From contig NW_005434583.1 of assembly GCF_000315625.1 (NCBI RefSeq), positions 258,776 to 322,775 of the forward strand: a stretch of DNA of 64,000 nucleotides, read 5' to 3'. Under the pieces are notes generated by a model. That model did not search any database. It was not told where the DNA came from and saw only the letters and a list, made by a program, of their open reading frames with translations. This DNA comes from Guillardia theta CCMP2712. Lineage: Eukaryota > Protista > Cryptophyta. The position numbers and the translations under genes are program-made. Below are positions 41,790 to 54,616 of the stretch, one piece after another (within the stretch, counting starts at the first letter, position 1; every line of letters starts with the position of its first letter).

Positions 41790-42359
41790 ATTCGTATGTA
41801 GCTGCCAAATTGACAGCGGTGGGAGATCTGTGATCCTTTCCTTAGCTTCGGGATAACACCAGTGGGTACCGGTACAGGATCCTGTGGACAAGCCCAGAGC
41901 TGAAAGCGAAGATGAGCTGGTGAAAGGAGGGGGAAGTGAACGCGAAGGTGGTGGATTAGGATAGGAAGGAGGCTGGTGAGGGAGGAGAGAGTCGGCGCTG
42001 CTACCAACGAGGAGGAGAAGCGACGACGAGGAGGCCGCGTCCCAGCATTAGCGCGGAGAGGACTAGAGGGGTTGCACAAAAACCAGACTGAGCTCATGCA
42101 GGGAACTCAAATGTCAATATTTCATCTATATTGAAAAAATACCATATTGATATTTCAAGTTTCTCCGAAAATTATTATTGAAATTCTAATCAAAAAGCAT
42201 AAGACGCCCCAGACGGGAATAATTGTGGTCCACTGAATCCCCTCTAAATGGGGTGGTGGGTCCGGGAGGTGTAAAGAAGGGGTGGGTGAAATACCCCTGA
42301 TGGGTTGGCTGAACCGGATCCCATGGCATAGAGGGGGGTGGGGTCATACCGTTGTAAGG

Positions 42360-42540
42360 CGGCTTCAAGGGCCCGGCCGGGCGGCCCCCGGGGGCCTACC
42401 GGCGGCGGGGCCGCACACTGGCACTGGCACTGACCTCCCGAGTCCCAGTGAGTAAAGGCCCAGTGACTCAGGTGCCGGTCAGTGCGACGCCGCGGCCCCG
42501 GCCCGCCTGGCCCGGCCCGCACGGACGTGATCGCCGCTCC
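42360..42540. repeat. Intergenic GC-rich palindromic-word island 5
   Basis: gggcccggccggg, cactggcactggcactg and cagtgactcag. Confidence 0.6.
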
Positions 42541-42576
42541 TATGCTGAATTGATTCATCAAGCGCTCATTCTTTAA

Positions 42577-42720
42577 CCTTGACCTGCTCCTTGACCTGCT
42601 CCTTGACCTCCTCCTTGATCTCCTTCTTGACGTCCTCCTTGACGTCCTCCTTGATCTCCTTCTTGACCTCCTTCTTGACGTCCTCCTTGACCTCCTCCTT
42701 GACGTCCTCCTTGACCTCCT
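42577..42720 (+). repeat. Degenerate 12-bp minisatellite (TTGACCTCCTCC)
   Basis: About 12 tandem units visible. Confidence 0.9.
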
Positions 42721-43186
42721 TCTCCCACTCACCCACTCACCCACTCTATCCATTCTTCATCCTGCATGATTCTCATTCCCCATGCGTTTCTCTTCGTCAA
42801 TCCGCCTCCACGCGCCATGTACTGAGTTTCCCAACATTTTCACTCTTTTGTTCCTTCTCCCATCCTCCTTTTCCTCTTCTTCCTCCTCCCCCCCCCCCAC
42901 ACCCGCCTCCTATCCCCACATTATACCTTCCTCGACTGCTTCTCTTCATCCTCTCTCCCTTTCATGCCTGCCCTGCCTTCGTGTCCCCCCCCTGAGCCTT
43001 CTTGCTGCAATGTTTCAGGTTCAGTCGCTGGTCGCACTTGTGAGAGTTGCTTGTTAACATTTGACACTTTTCAAGCCTCCCTTGGTTCTAGATACCAATC
43101 CTGATCTTCTACATACTACTTGCTCATTTTCTACATACTAATCATCATCTTCTTGACTACGGTACCAACTTACATGTAGCAGAAAC

Positions 43187-45406
43187 ATGCGCGAGGATTC
43201 TCCCAGGTCGGCGCAGAACGGAGAGGAAAGGTATGCTATGTGTTGTAGGGTTTAGGTTTTTTAACGCCTCAATTCTGTTCTCTTTCAACGACGATAGGAA
43301 GGGCAGGGATCGTTCAGCGTCACGCTCATTGTCTCCAAGACGGAGGTAGATGAAGGAAAGGCAACAATACCTTGAGTGTCATACAGATCTCCGCGCTACA
43401 GAAGCAGATCTCCTCGATATAGAAGCAGATCTCCGCGCTACAGAAGCCGATCAAGGCGAGTTTTTATCCAAATATGGGTTTGCTGAACTAGTTTAAAATC
43501 TGAACAGGTCAAGATCGTTTGAAAGAAGATCGAGGTGATAATGATTATCTACGAGTTGCGTTGGAACTGAGCATGCTTTGCTTTGGTATCCCCATGTGAG
43601 CAGGTCGAGGTCATTGCCAAGACGCGACAGGTTCAAATAGTTGAAATTCTTGTATGTTTGACCCAGGCACACAGACGATCAAGATCACGATCTCGTTCAC
43701 CTCGATACAGCAGGTGTCACCCTGGAAGGAAAAATCTGAGTCGGACTGAAAGTCAATGGAATGCAGACGCCAGCGAAATCCCTCGCCACCCCCTCGTGGA
43801 AGACGGTTTGAGAGGAACGAGGTGGAAACGCTTCACAATCTCCAACATCTGAGATATTAGCGGCAGCAGGGAGAAGAAGGACGCAGAGAGTTCAGGCGAG
43901 GGCCCAGGCGTAATGAACCTTTCGATCCTCCTGCAATCTTCTCTATCCATCAGGGAGTTGTTCGCAGAGTCGCAGAGTTCGGAGCCTTTGTGGAGATTGA
44001 GGCGCTGGTGAAGTAGAGGCTCTGCGCCGGTGGTACTCTGACGTCAATGCAGCCCGGCAAGTGGGGGCTCGTCCACTTCTCTCAGATTGTCAACAAGCCT
44101 GCAGGAGAGAAGGCGAGTCGGATGGAACATGAAGTCCTAGATTCTTTGTTGACATGTGTGGTTACAGGTGGTGGTAGATGAAGAATTGAAAGTCGGGGAC
44201 AATGTCAGGGTGAAGGTAGTCGACCTTTGCGTTGCATTGATGAGATTTGATCGATCATTGAAGGTTCTTTCTGTGGATGTGGAGAACCAGAAGATTTCTT
44301 TGAGCATGAAGGTTTTTGCTCCGATCAAAGATGAAGCAGAGTGCGTTTGACAGTTTGAGGTCAGTTTGTCGACCAAGAGACTGGGGAAGATTTAGATCCT
44401 TCATTGGTAATATTCTTGAGCGTTGTTTAGATACTCAGAAAGAAACCAGGTTGCGATGGAGAAAGAAAAACAGAATGACATGCAGCGAAGGAGAGCAGGA
44501 ATGTCTACTTGTCTTGCTCTCTCCTTCTGTATATGACGATCGTAATTGATCAGCCCGAATGCCCCGTGATGATTCAGAATATAGAAATCATGAGTGGGGC
44601 AAGAAAACTGACAAGAAAGATAAAAACGAGGAGGAGGAGCCTGAAGAGGAGGGCAAGAAAGAGACTGCCAATTATGGACTTTCTGGCCTCCTGGCTTCTG
44701 AGACCCGCACATGGAAGGTAATATTTTGAAATGTTTTCCGCGGCATTTAATTTTTGTTCAAGGGAGTGGAGTTGAAGTTCGTTGAACCGATGGAGGCGAG
44801 GATGCCAGACAAGAAGTGAGTTTGTTAAGAGTGATGGCATGGCTCAAGGCCTCTCAGGTGGAGACTGTATGAGTTCAAGGGGGACGAGCAGCTCCGTATC
44901 CTTCACTTGCACAGATGTTCTTGGTACCTCCTTGTCTTGATTCTACAGCAGTATGTGATGCTTTCTCAGCTACATCTTCGGACGAGATCGCAGCTTGGAG
45001 CACTTTCCAGGTTTTCAGCTTGCTCTCTTCGCAAAGTCAAGTTTTTGCAGGGTTCGTCGCCACCGACCATCCTTCCTGCTCAAAGCAGCACGCGGTCATT
45101 CAATTCCGGCAGCACGAGAAGGTCAATCTCGACGGTTATGCTTCCGAGCTCACTTGCTGCTGATGCGCAGGATGACGGAGTGGGAGGAGTCATCCTGAGC
45201 GTGAGGCCGTACCTGATGGACCTCAAGACCACAAACGGTAAGAACGGCGGACGCGCTCTCTCGCTTAGTTTACAATGACTTTAGGAACACAACTCAATGG
45301 CGAACGGATTGACGACATGCGCTACTATGAGCTCAAGGAGCGAGACAACATCAAGTTTGGCAACTCGTCTCGAGACTACGTGCTTCTCCATGAATCGTCC
45401 ACTTGA
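43187..45406 (+). CDS. RS-rich + S1 RNA-binding + SNIP1/DAWDLE/Pml1-type FHA protein
   Basis: RSRSPRY repeats. S1: GVVRRVAEFGAFVEI..GLVHFSQI..LKVGDNVRVKV..KISLSMK. SNIP1-type: NYGLSGLLASET, WRLYEFKG, DHPSCSKQHAVIQFR, RPYLMDL, KFGNSSRDYVLL. Confidence 0.85.
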
Positions 45407-45428
45407 TGCGCTGGGGAACAAAGACAGC

Positions 45429-48400
45429 CTAGAAGAGAGCCACGTTCTTCTCCTTCTCTCTGGATGCCTGATGCTCCTCCATACCTGGCGTTGCTGCCGC
45501 CGGTGAGCTCAACGAGGAGCTGGTGAGGGAGATGGCCGACGGAGAGTTCAGCCATGGCTGCATGCTTCCCTGCTCTTCAAAGAATTCGTTGGTGGGTGAA
45601 TTCGCGGGATTCTTGAGCTCATGCTTGTCGTTCCTGCGCTTTAGTGAGGGACCAGAGCGAGGCTGAACCATCAGAGTTTTACCAATCAGAGTCAGCGGGT
45701 TGAGGTTGCCAGTCAGGCGTGACTGGAGACGTCGACTTGCTCGCCTGATGCTGGATTGTCTTGTCCTCGCGAATGTTGGCGGTTTGCTGCCTGACAGCGG
45801 CAACGATCTCGCTCACCTACGACGACACGCAAGTCATGGGAGACACTAGCACGCAAGGCCGACCTTGAGGAGCATTTTTCCGTATTCCTCTTGAGTGAAA
45901 GAGGCATGGTTCGTCTGGACGCCCTTTGCGAAATGTTCTTTTCTCTTCACCCCTCGATCGGTCACTACCATACACCATCCGTTCAATTTGCCCCCTCCCA
46001 AGCTCCTCGAAACTTCCATCCGCTCTTGTAGGTGAAAGCGCCAAACCCATTGAACTTATCCTGGAAGAATTCGCCTTCGTAGCAGTCACCGTTGGCGTAG
46101 GTGTAGTGACCTTTCCCATGAGCAAACCCGTCATGCCACTCCCCCTCATATTTGTCGCCGTTGGACCATATGCAAGTCCCGAAGCCTTCGAACACGCCTC
46201 TGCTCCAGTACCCGTCGTAAATCCTTCCGTCTGCCCAAACTGTGATACCTCTGCCATTCGGCCAGCCGTCCTTGAGCTGACCCTGGTAGGTGGGCTTGGA
46301 CGCGTGCAGCGTTAGTTGTGTGCTTGATGGGAAAGTAGGAGAAATCCAAGGGATCGCCAAGTTGTCTTGACTTTGCTCGCCTGCAGGCACCATTGGCTGC
46401 GATGAGCTTGGGGAGGCTTCAAACATCCCCTGGAATGATTTTCCATCAGTTTCGGGACTGCGCGTTTTGACATCTGAGTTATTCGAATTTTCTGGAGAGC
46501 TCTTCGTACTCTCTGCTGTGGATTTGTAAAGAATGGACAACAAGTTCATTTCTCGCTCCTGCGAGTCTGATAATCTCTTTGACAAATTTTCAACTTTGCT
46601 CTGTTCAGTTTCAACCAACTTGCGGAGATCTCCCTTCTCAGCGTCATTCTTCTTACTTTCTTCTTCAAGGCGACTTTCCAGAAGAACCTTCCTTTGAGCG
46701 AGTTCCACTCCTTGAAACTGAAGCGATTTCAGCTCAGCATTGGCTTGCTCTAGCAATTCGAACTTTTCATTTAGCATCTGTTTGGTTATTTCATTCTGTT
46801 CTTTCAATTCTTCAATCAACTGGTTGGCCTGCACAAATAACGATGAGCTTCCCGTACATAAAGAACACTCAGACCTGAGACAGCTGACCCCGCATGTTCT
46901 CCTGTGCTCCTTCCAGCTTTGAAACCTTCGCTTTCTCGGCACTCAAAGTGATCTCGAGTTGCTCCTTATCATTGTTCAATTTCAATTCGAGTCCATGGAT
47001 GATATCCTTTGCCTGTCGGAACATTATTGTGTTGTAGACCAGCCAAGACGGAGTTTACCACATTCAGCTGTTTGAGGGCCTCTTCTTTGTCGACTCTCTC
47101 CTTGTTCAAGATGGCATACACTTCTTCTTTCTCGCTTCGCTCTCTCTCTATTTCGATAGCGCTATTGAATCTTTGCTTCTCCAAGGCGGAGTGGTTGTCT
47201 TGAAGCTGGTTCTCAAGATTTGCAATGTAGCTTTCAAGCTTACACAACACTGATCAGTTTTACAGCAAACGGGCAGAACAAATCACCTCTTTACTCTTGT
47301 GCTCAAGAACTGCACGTGCTTTTGTCTCATTTTGCATCGTCGAGGACACAGCTAGGACGATCTGCTCAACCTCACGATTCCAGTCCTCTACCATGTTGGC
47401 TTGGGATTCAAATGTCGGGCCTGACCTCGGCAGATGTTGACGAAGGTTGTGCACAAGTACGTCTAGAGCATGTCGAGTTGATCTCAGTTGATTATCCTTT
47501 TCGGCTATCATCGACTGGATCGCAATATTGTTTCTGATCGCTTCCTCGTCGTCACTTTGAGCATAAACCTTGAAAGAAGACTGCACAACATTGTCCCTCT
47601 CCTGCTGCAATAGTTTTATATGAGAGTTTGCAAGTTCAAGGCGCTGCTCCATGAGTTGATGGTGATTATCCAGATCATCTTCAAGCCTTTTAAAGGCCTG
47701 TTTCCATCGTTTGATTTCTTCTTCGTAGTCTGATATCGTTTGACTCTTGGCATCCAATGATTCTTGAAACTTTTTAAGTTCACCTGAGCTCTGTTCTTGA
47801 TTATACAGGCTACACTCGTCGTCCTGCATTTCCAAGAGTCAAATCAAAACAGCAGGTTTCAACTTACCATTCGTGAAAGTTGAAATTGAACACCTTTCTC
47901 CTTGCAGATCTCAATGCTGTGTGGAGAATAGTTTTTGCAAAATGCACTCTCTGAGTTCCGAAATTTTCGAAAGATCTCCAACACAATATGTGCAGGTTCT
48001 TTCACTATTGCAGCACCATTTCCGCCAATGGTAAGCAAGATAGACTTTCCGATCGCTCTCAACTCCGCTACCTGCTGCTTGGGAACTTCAAGACAGTGAA
48101 ATAGAAGATGTTGGAGGTCCTGTTCCAGGACATTCTTTCCAACCCTGATGGTCAGAGTGACGTCTCCGTCTCCCGCAAGAGACTCGAGCATGCTTTGAGT
48201 GGAGTGCAGTCTGTTGCTGTGTAACGCGTGCAGCTCATTCTGCAGGTCGATGATCTGAGCCTCCAGCTTTTCAACGTGCAGGCTCCATTTCTTTTCTGCA
48301 TCTTTGGCGTTCTCCTTCAAGTCAAGGAAGTCCAATCCCGCCTTTTGCAATCTGTCGATCTCTTTCCTTTGATTTGAAATGATTTCAGACGAATCAAAAA

Positions 48401-49190
48401 GCTGCGATTTCAAAGATGCGATCTGTGATTCGCTAAAGGCTAGGTTCTTGCGGAGTTTCTCCATTTCTTTTGGCATCTGATCATCTTGTTGTATCAGCAC
48501 GTGTTTCTCAGACGATGTTGCATGCCCTGAGCAAGGTAATCAATGTGCATCGCGCGAGTCTAATCAAGCTTACCCACTGAGTCCGGTCGTTCTTCCCGTC
48601 CGTGTTGAGTCTTCAACTCTTGACGAACATACCTAAGCTCTATTTTGAGATTTTCTAATTGTTTTTCTAATTCTAGATTCGTTGCAATCAGATTTTGATA
48701 ATCTAAGAAATTTCACAAATCAGAAACAAATCGAGCTTCTCGATCGTCTTAAACCTGAGGTGGAATGCTTCGCATAATTCTTCTTTTGTGACTCTTGCAC
48801 CCCTGTTTCTGCCTCCAGACTGAATCGTAAGCTTGACTTCGGCGCTGAGTTCATTTCAACATTGTCTCTCGCTTCGTTCCTTGCAGATTTCATCCCCTCT
48901 TTTGCTGCTGCCTTCCACGAAAACATGTTAGAGAAAGATCTTGGCGGAGGATGAATATTATGCTGAGAAGCTTTATCTCCTGTGAGTGCCCCTGACAGTT
49001 TGTAAGCAACGTTTCCTCGAAATTGTTGGCGTAGCATTTGCAGCTCCATCCTCTTGCTCGCAAGCTCTGCCTCCGTCACTCTTGAAGCTGGTCCATCTCT
49101 GAACGCCCTGACCGCTTCGTCGACGCCACTCGCGTCAGTATCAGCAAGAGCAGACTTCGGCGAAGATGCATTTCTTGCCAGCGAGTCCAT
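45429..49190 (-). CDS. Coiled-coil protein with C-terminal MORN repeats
   Basis: Coiled-coil exons, then YQGQLKDGWPNGRG, YDGYWSRGVFEGFG, YEGEWHDGFAHGKG and YEGEFFQDKFNGFG. 3' end approximate. Confidence 0.8.
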
Positions 49191-49874
49191 GCTGGAGGCT
49201 TTCAGTGCGATTCACGGATCCAGCCTCTTGCCCGGCCCGGCAGTTCGGTATCAAGCTGCTGCCGAACAAGCCCTCCACCAGCTGTAAGTCGTTCGGGGTG
49301 AGAGACGGAGGAAGGGTCTGCGATAGGCAGGAGCGAGAGACTCTCAGAGGAGGACGGACTCGGAGTCACTAGTAGGAGCCGTCTGACGACCAGCAGCCCC
49401 TTCACCGCGCGCCATAATCAGGTTCGAACTAAAATCATCGATGTAATTTAAATCTACTTGTAATGTTGAAGGGCGGTAGTAACCGACCGTTATTTTTAGC
49501 GCAAAAGGACCGCACTGTAACTACTGCAACTAAAAAGTAACGGCTCAACGGGATTCTTGCCGTCAACCCTGCAAACTGGAGAGAACATGCAGGAAAATAA
49601 GAGGGGGAGGTGGGGTTGAAGCTTGAGAAAGCTGAGATGCTGTAAAGGTTTCCTTTCCTAAAGCAGTTGCTGCATATTCTACAAACATTGGACTATTGTG
49701 AATACTCCATCATTCCATAGTTTTTGAAGTTTTATGAGCGAGTCAACAAAGGGGAAAAGTATACAGAAAACGATTTCATTCTTTTTTTGTCGAGAGATGT
49801 GGAGATATCTAGAATTGACATCTTCACCATTAGTTTCTAATTTGCTTTAATTTACAGAGACTTTGCCACTTATC

Positions 49875-50993
49875 ATGCAAAACACAAATGGATGGATGGG
49901 AGAGGCGGGTTCGTTCGAAGCAAGGGTAAAACGAAATAGCAGAGCGAACATGTCAGCACGGGACTCTGAAAGAGTTCAATTATATCAAGACGTAAACAAT
50001 CCTGCGGGTCAAGCACTTCTTGAGTTCAGCAACAGGGCCAGCAGCTTGTTCAGCAAGATTGACGCGAAGGGGCCGGAGGGAACACAAGACAGGACAACAG
50101 GAGCTTGGGTGGTCAAGTCTGAATCAAACGAACTGACAAACGTCACTGAAGATTCCAGAGAGAACCCTGAAACTTGGAACCCTAGGCGACCAACCTCAGT
50201 CTTCTCAACAACAGAGGAAACGTCCTATCGGTATTGCCCGGGCATGTCCTTGTTGCTACTGAGCTGCATTCCCAGGGATTTGGACAAAGACATTGAGGTG
50301 CTTGATGACAATCCATACGATCGCATTTGTACACAGAGCAAACACCAGGACAAGACAAGCACGAGAGAAGAGGTTGACGATGACGTCATCTTCATAGGTT
50401 CTTGTGGATCTGAGTCTACGCTGCTAAGGGAGAGCCAACGCTTCAGGGGAATTCTGGAGGAAGGTCTGGAAGGCGGTCGGGAAGGGGTTCGTAGTCAACC
50501 AAGTGATCCTCCCAAAGACAAGAAGCTGAGCAAATCCATGGAGGCCCCAGCGACTTCGCACATTCCCTCAAGAACTTCCCAGGCAACGAACAAGACTTGT
50601 TTTCAATTTTCACAGACAGGGAAATGCAGTCGTGGGTTGCACTGCAGATTCAAGCATGAAGTGCCGGACCATATCAAAAATCCAGAGCGGTACCTCTGCT
50701 ATGAAGTTGATTGGACCGAAGAAGAAGATCCGCGGAAAAATGGGGAGGCAGCTGCAGCAACATTCGAGCTTCTCCGCTCCCAAAAGAGAATCTCTGAAGA
50801 AGAGTTGCAACAAGACCAAGCGAGAAAGGAGCAAGAAACTTTAGAGAGACAAGCTCGTCTAGAGTCTAAGAAAGCAAAGACGATGTGTGAAATCAGGCAG
50901 TCCGATATGCATGCTGGGTCCGAACAAGAAAACAAGAAATCTCGATCCAAAAAGATTGTCAAGACCAGCAAGCTAAGTTTTATTGATGAATAA
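49875..50993 (+). CDS. TSSC4-like (U5 snRNP chaperone) protein with a CCCH zinc finger
   Basis: C-x8-C-x5-C-x3-H finger (CFQFSQTGKCSRGLHCRFKH) directly before VPDHIKNPERYLCYEVDW..NGEAAAATFELL. N-terminal FSNRASSLFSKI. Family assigned from motif recall. Confidence 0.6.
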   Translation: MQNTNGWMGEAGSFEARVKRNSRANMSARDSERVQLYQDVNNPAGQALLEFSNRASSLFSKIDAKGPEGTQDRTTGAWVVKSESNELTNVTEDSRENPETWNPRRPTSVFSTTEETSYRYCPGMSLLLLSCIPRDLDKDIEVLDDNPYDRICTQSKHQDKTSTREEVDDDVIFIGSCGSESTLLRESQRFRGILEEGLEGGREGVRSQPSDPPKDKKLSKSMEAPATSHIPSRTSQATNKTCFQFSQTGKCSRGLHCRFKHEVPDHIKNPERYLCYEVDWTEEEDPRKNGEAAAATFELLRSQKRISEEELQQDQARKEQETLERQARLESKKAKTMCEIRQSDMHAGSEQENKKSRSKKIVKTSKLSFIDE

Positions 50994-51055
50994 GTCGATA
51001 AATCAATTCTCAATTTGCCCAGAAGCAAGAATGGACTTCCTGATCCAAGTAATTC

Positions 51056-52768
51056 TCACAGAGTTTTACTTTTCATGTTGATCATTTCTTGAAGGGCGCG
51101 GAACACATTGTTTGTTTCACTACCCATCAGCTGGCCGCACTCTTCCACGATGACCTGTCATTTCATCACTCAGATATCAAGGATGTCCTCTAACCTTGCG
51201 CAACGGCTTGTAGTCCTCCCCTACTGTTGGAACCTATTCACCATCAGTCGTGTTTGACCAGTCCAAGAAAATCTTGTACAACCTCCGTAATCTTGTCTAC
51301 GGTATTCATCCCATCCAAAACCTGCAGAAGATTCTTGACAAGAAGCAGATGACAAGCTGCAATCAACTTTGCCGAACACAACAAATTTGCCATCGAGCCA
51401 CTCAGTGTTGTTGCAGGCAACTATGAAGAACTGACAGCCGTTGGAATCAGGCTCACCTGTTCATATTAGCCACGCTAGTCACAAAGCAGGCTATCACCAG
51501 CATTAGCCATGGAAACCGCCCCCCTGAAATGTTTGGTCGAGAGATTCTCATCTAGAAACCGCATGCCACCAAAAATGCTGTGAAAGAGCATGTGAGAACG
51601 CGAAGAAAACAGGCCAGGGGCGAGGTCAAGAACAAACAGAGCACATACCTATAGCATCCCGTCCCATCGTACTTCACAAAGTCTCCACCCTGAATTAGCA
51701 CACTGCATTTGTAGATCAGTCAGTGGAGTAAGAGATGAAGCAGAAGACCCCTTGACGATGCGGTGGATCAGCGTGTTCTTGTATCCTACCGGCTTGTGGT
51801 TCCGTGGGTCTTTGACCTCACAGGGGTTCAGAGGGGTGTTAAGACAAGGTTAAGCTTGTTTTCACCTCGCCAGTGCAGAAACATCGAAAGTTTTCAGCAG
51901 TCCGCGGAACAATGTGTGAGAAGAGCTCAATGGTTATTCGACCTTCGTGCTCGATCGTCGACTGTCTGTGGTTGCCAGTGAGATTTCTCGACAGGCGTAC
52001 ATTCGTTGCTGCCTGTCAAGCGATCGGATCGCCACGTCCAAGAACACAACGGCATTCTGCTGATCTTCCATATCCTCCAACCAAGGCGGAGGCCATCGCT
52101 TAGCGTAGCGCTCCATCCTCCAAAAGTCTCTCTCCTCCTTGGTCATGTTAGCGTCATCGCGTAGCTGTAGCTCAATGTCAGAAGAGAAGCTCGAGAGGAC
52201 TTCAGCTTTTCCCACCTTTTCCCACGCTGCCTCCGGGTTGCACTCAACCTCGCTTCCGTTCATCTTCATGGGTTGAATAACGCGCTTAGCTTCCTCCTGA
52301 CTGATGCCAAGAAGGTCGATCATGCTACAAGACTCGTCAGTCACGGCAAAAGGATACTAGGAAGGTTTGGCATGGTAGAGGGGCAGGTTTGGCGATTTCA
52401 CGATGGAAGGGAGGGAGGGATGGAGAAAGAGAGAGTTTCGCTGGGGGAGGGGAGACATCACAATCGGTCAGCAGCTTGATTCTCAGAGATCAGCTCGTCA
52501 TCGTCGCTGTCGAGCGGCTCCTTGCTTCTCTCTCCCTCACTCATCGTGTTCATCTGCAACCATCTAAGTCTTGACAACACAAGCAATTCAGTGCTCAAAA
52601 CAGTACCTGGACGTCTTCGGACCCTCCCCGCAGACCAAGGAGTATCAACGGTTTCGCACCTCCTCTGAATCCTCTCACTCCCGCCACTGTCCCTGTACCT
52701 ACCACTGCTCCATCGTCCCCGAGGTAGCATATCACCACCATCAACAGTGACATTCCTAGGGTTTTCAT
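51056..52768 (-). CDS. Cyclophilin, PPIH (cyclophilin H)-like, with a signal-peptide leader and N-terminal extension
   Basis: [65 protein letters not shown] and [11 protein letters not shown]. Confidence 0.85.
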
Positions 52769-52934
52769 GACAGCCCCTCCCTCCCCTACTCTCCCTTCCT
52801 CCTCACCGACTCCCTCCTCCCTCGTCCATCGTGCCCCGCAGTTCGCCTCAGAGTCCAACGCAACAAAAATGTTTGAAGAAAAAAAGAAGCGACAACCATG
52901 GCAGGAACAACTCTCTCCTCCCTCCTCCCTCTTC

Positions 52935-53058
52935 CCTCTCTTGCATGCCTAGCTCCCTCTCTTGCATGCCTAGCTCCCTCTCTTGCGTGCCTAGCTCCCT
53001 CTCTTGCGTGCCTAGCTCCCTCTCTTGCGTGCCTAGCTCCCTCTCTTGCGTGCCTAGC
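52935..53058 (+). repeat. 21-bp tandem repeat (CTCTCTTGCRTGCCTAGCTCC), about 6 units
   Basis: Units directly visible upstream of the cyclophilin start. Confidence 0.92.
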
Positions 53059-53199
53059 CAGCTACCGTTTGCTCTTCCACTTGAGCGAATAAAAACAGAA
53101 ACCCTCTCTCCCCTCCTCCCCTCTCCCTCTCCTCGTCTCTGTCCCCCGCTCCTTCGCTTGAATTTTTCTGACCCGTATTCTATGCCACTTAGCCTCCTC

Positions 53200-53395
53200 G
53201 CCTCTCCTTTCCTTTCCTTTCCTTTCGTCTCCTTTCGTCTCCTTTTCTCTACTCTCCTTTCTTTTCTTCTCGTCTCGTCTCGTCTCGTCTCGTCTCGTCT
53301 CGTCTCGTCTCGTCTCGTTTCCTCTACTCTCCTCTCCTTTCCTCTCGTCTCGTCTCTTCTCCTTTCGTCTCCTTTCCTCTACTCTCCTCTCCTCT
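53200..53395 (+). repeat. Pyrimidine-rich tract with a (CTCGT)n microsatellite
   Basis: Direct inspection. Confidence 0.85.
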
Positions 53396-53699
53396 AGTCC
53401 ACGTAGACGACTATCATTTCCGTCACCCACCTACCGATTACTCCCATTTTTTTGAGATGTACAAAAAGGCTGACTGCAATAAAGAGAAGTAGCATTGTAA
53501 ATCAGTGAGGTATACTGTGATTACAATCTACTATCAACATTCAAATGATGATATATTCATGACTTGTGAACTTGATTGATTGAAGTATAAATCCTCGCAT
53601 TTCAACATGTTTGTGTTGCCTTCACCCCCATATCCAATCAGTAAAATTCTGGACGCCCCACGGAAATCTTCACAAATCTGAATCGAAACAAGCAAGTGA

Positions 53700-54616
53700 G
53701 ACAGGCTCGTCTTATTCCCAAATTTTTTGAAAGATCTCCCCATCATTTGGATTTCTTGGATTTCTTGGATTTTGTTTCCTACCTCAAAGACAAGAATCAG
53801 ATTCACTCCATTGTGCCATCCACAGTTTAAAGAAAAAAGATTCAGGAGATGCGTTGATCTGGGGACCTTCTTTTTCTTCTTATCTTTCTTCTTTGACTTC
53901 TTGTGTTTTTTCCTCTTCTTTCTACGTCAAACACGCCCGTCAATCTCCTGTACACAAGCGCGTCGCTGTCACTTCTCTGACTCGCCCTCAGATCCTGAGC
54001 TTGAGCTCGAAGACGAGAAGGTCTGCAGCTCATCAGGGAAGGAGAAGGGAGGCAAGCCGGGTTACCTCTACCCTCTCGAACTTGCTGGGATCCCTCATGT
54101 TCTCCTCCTCTGCTTGAATCAGCAAGAGGAACAAGGAGAGAGCAAGAACCATAAAGCGCTGCCGATGCCGTCCTGCGCTCGTCCTCAGCGTTCGCAGCTC
54201 GCGCTCGTTTCCTTGCTTCCATGATCTGCCTGCGAGAAACTTCAGGCATCATCACGGCGCTCTCTTGACTCACAGGACCCGCTGCTCGTGCGACATGTCG
54301 GCGGAGCTCTTGTTGCTCGCGTACATGTCTCTAATTGCTGCTTGCTTCTGCTGCCATCGCGGTACCCCCACCTAATCATCCACCACTCACTTGCATATGC
54401 CTATAGCGTGCTTCACCTCCTCCTGCCCGAAGGCGTTGACGATCGTCTCCTGGCCCTGAGGCCTTGGAATTGCATTTTCGAGGAGAGTTCGAGCCAAACT
54501 TGCCTGTTCCTCCCTCAGTTTCTGTTTCTTCTGTCGTCAAACATCCGTCATGCCGGAACGCACGCGAAGAAGAATACTTTGCGAGTGTCGTCAATGAACT
54601 CATCATTGAGCGACAT
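53700..54616 (-). CDS. Hypothetical small protein with a Ser-rich and Lys-rich C-terminus (nuclear-like)
   Basis: Exons MSLNDEFIDDTRK / KKQKLREEQASLARTLLE / VPRWQQKQ / SSSSSSGSEGESEK / KKRKKHKKSKKKDKKKKK. End uncertain. Confidence 0.5.

Noticed and set aside
42244-42753. Minus-strand RRRS-rich ORF as an SR protein
   Set aside because: It is the translation of a 12-bp minisatellite plus a GC island, with no domain or splice support.
43244-43260. TAGGGTTTAGG inside an intron
   Set aside because: Fewer than two units, so compatible with chance.
52935-53058. 21-bp repeats as a CRISPR-like array
   Set aside because: The units are directly adjacent with no spacers, and the context is eukaryotic.
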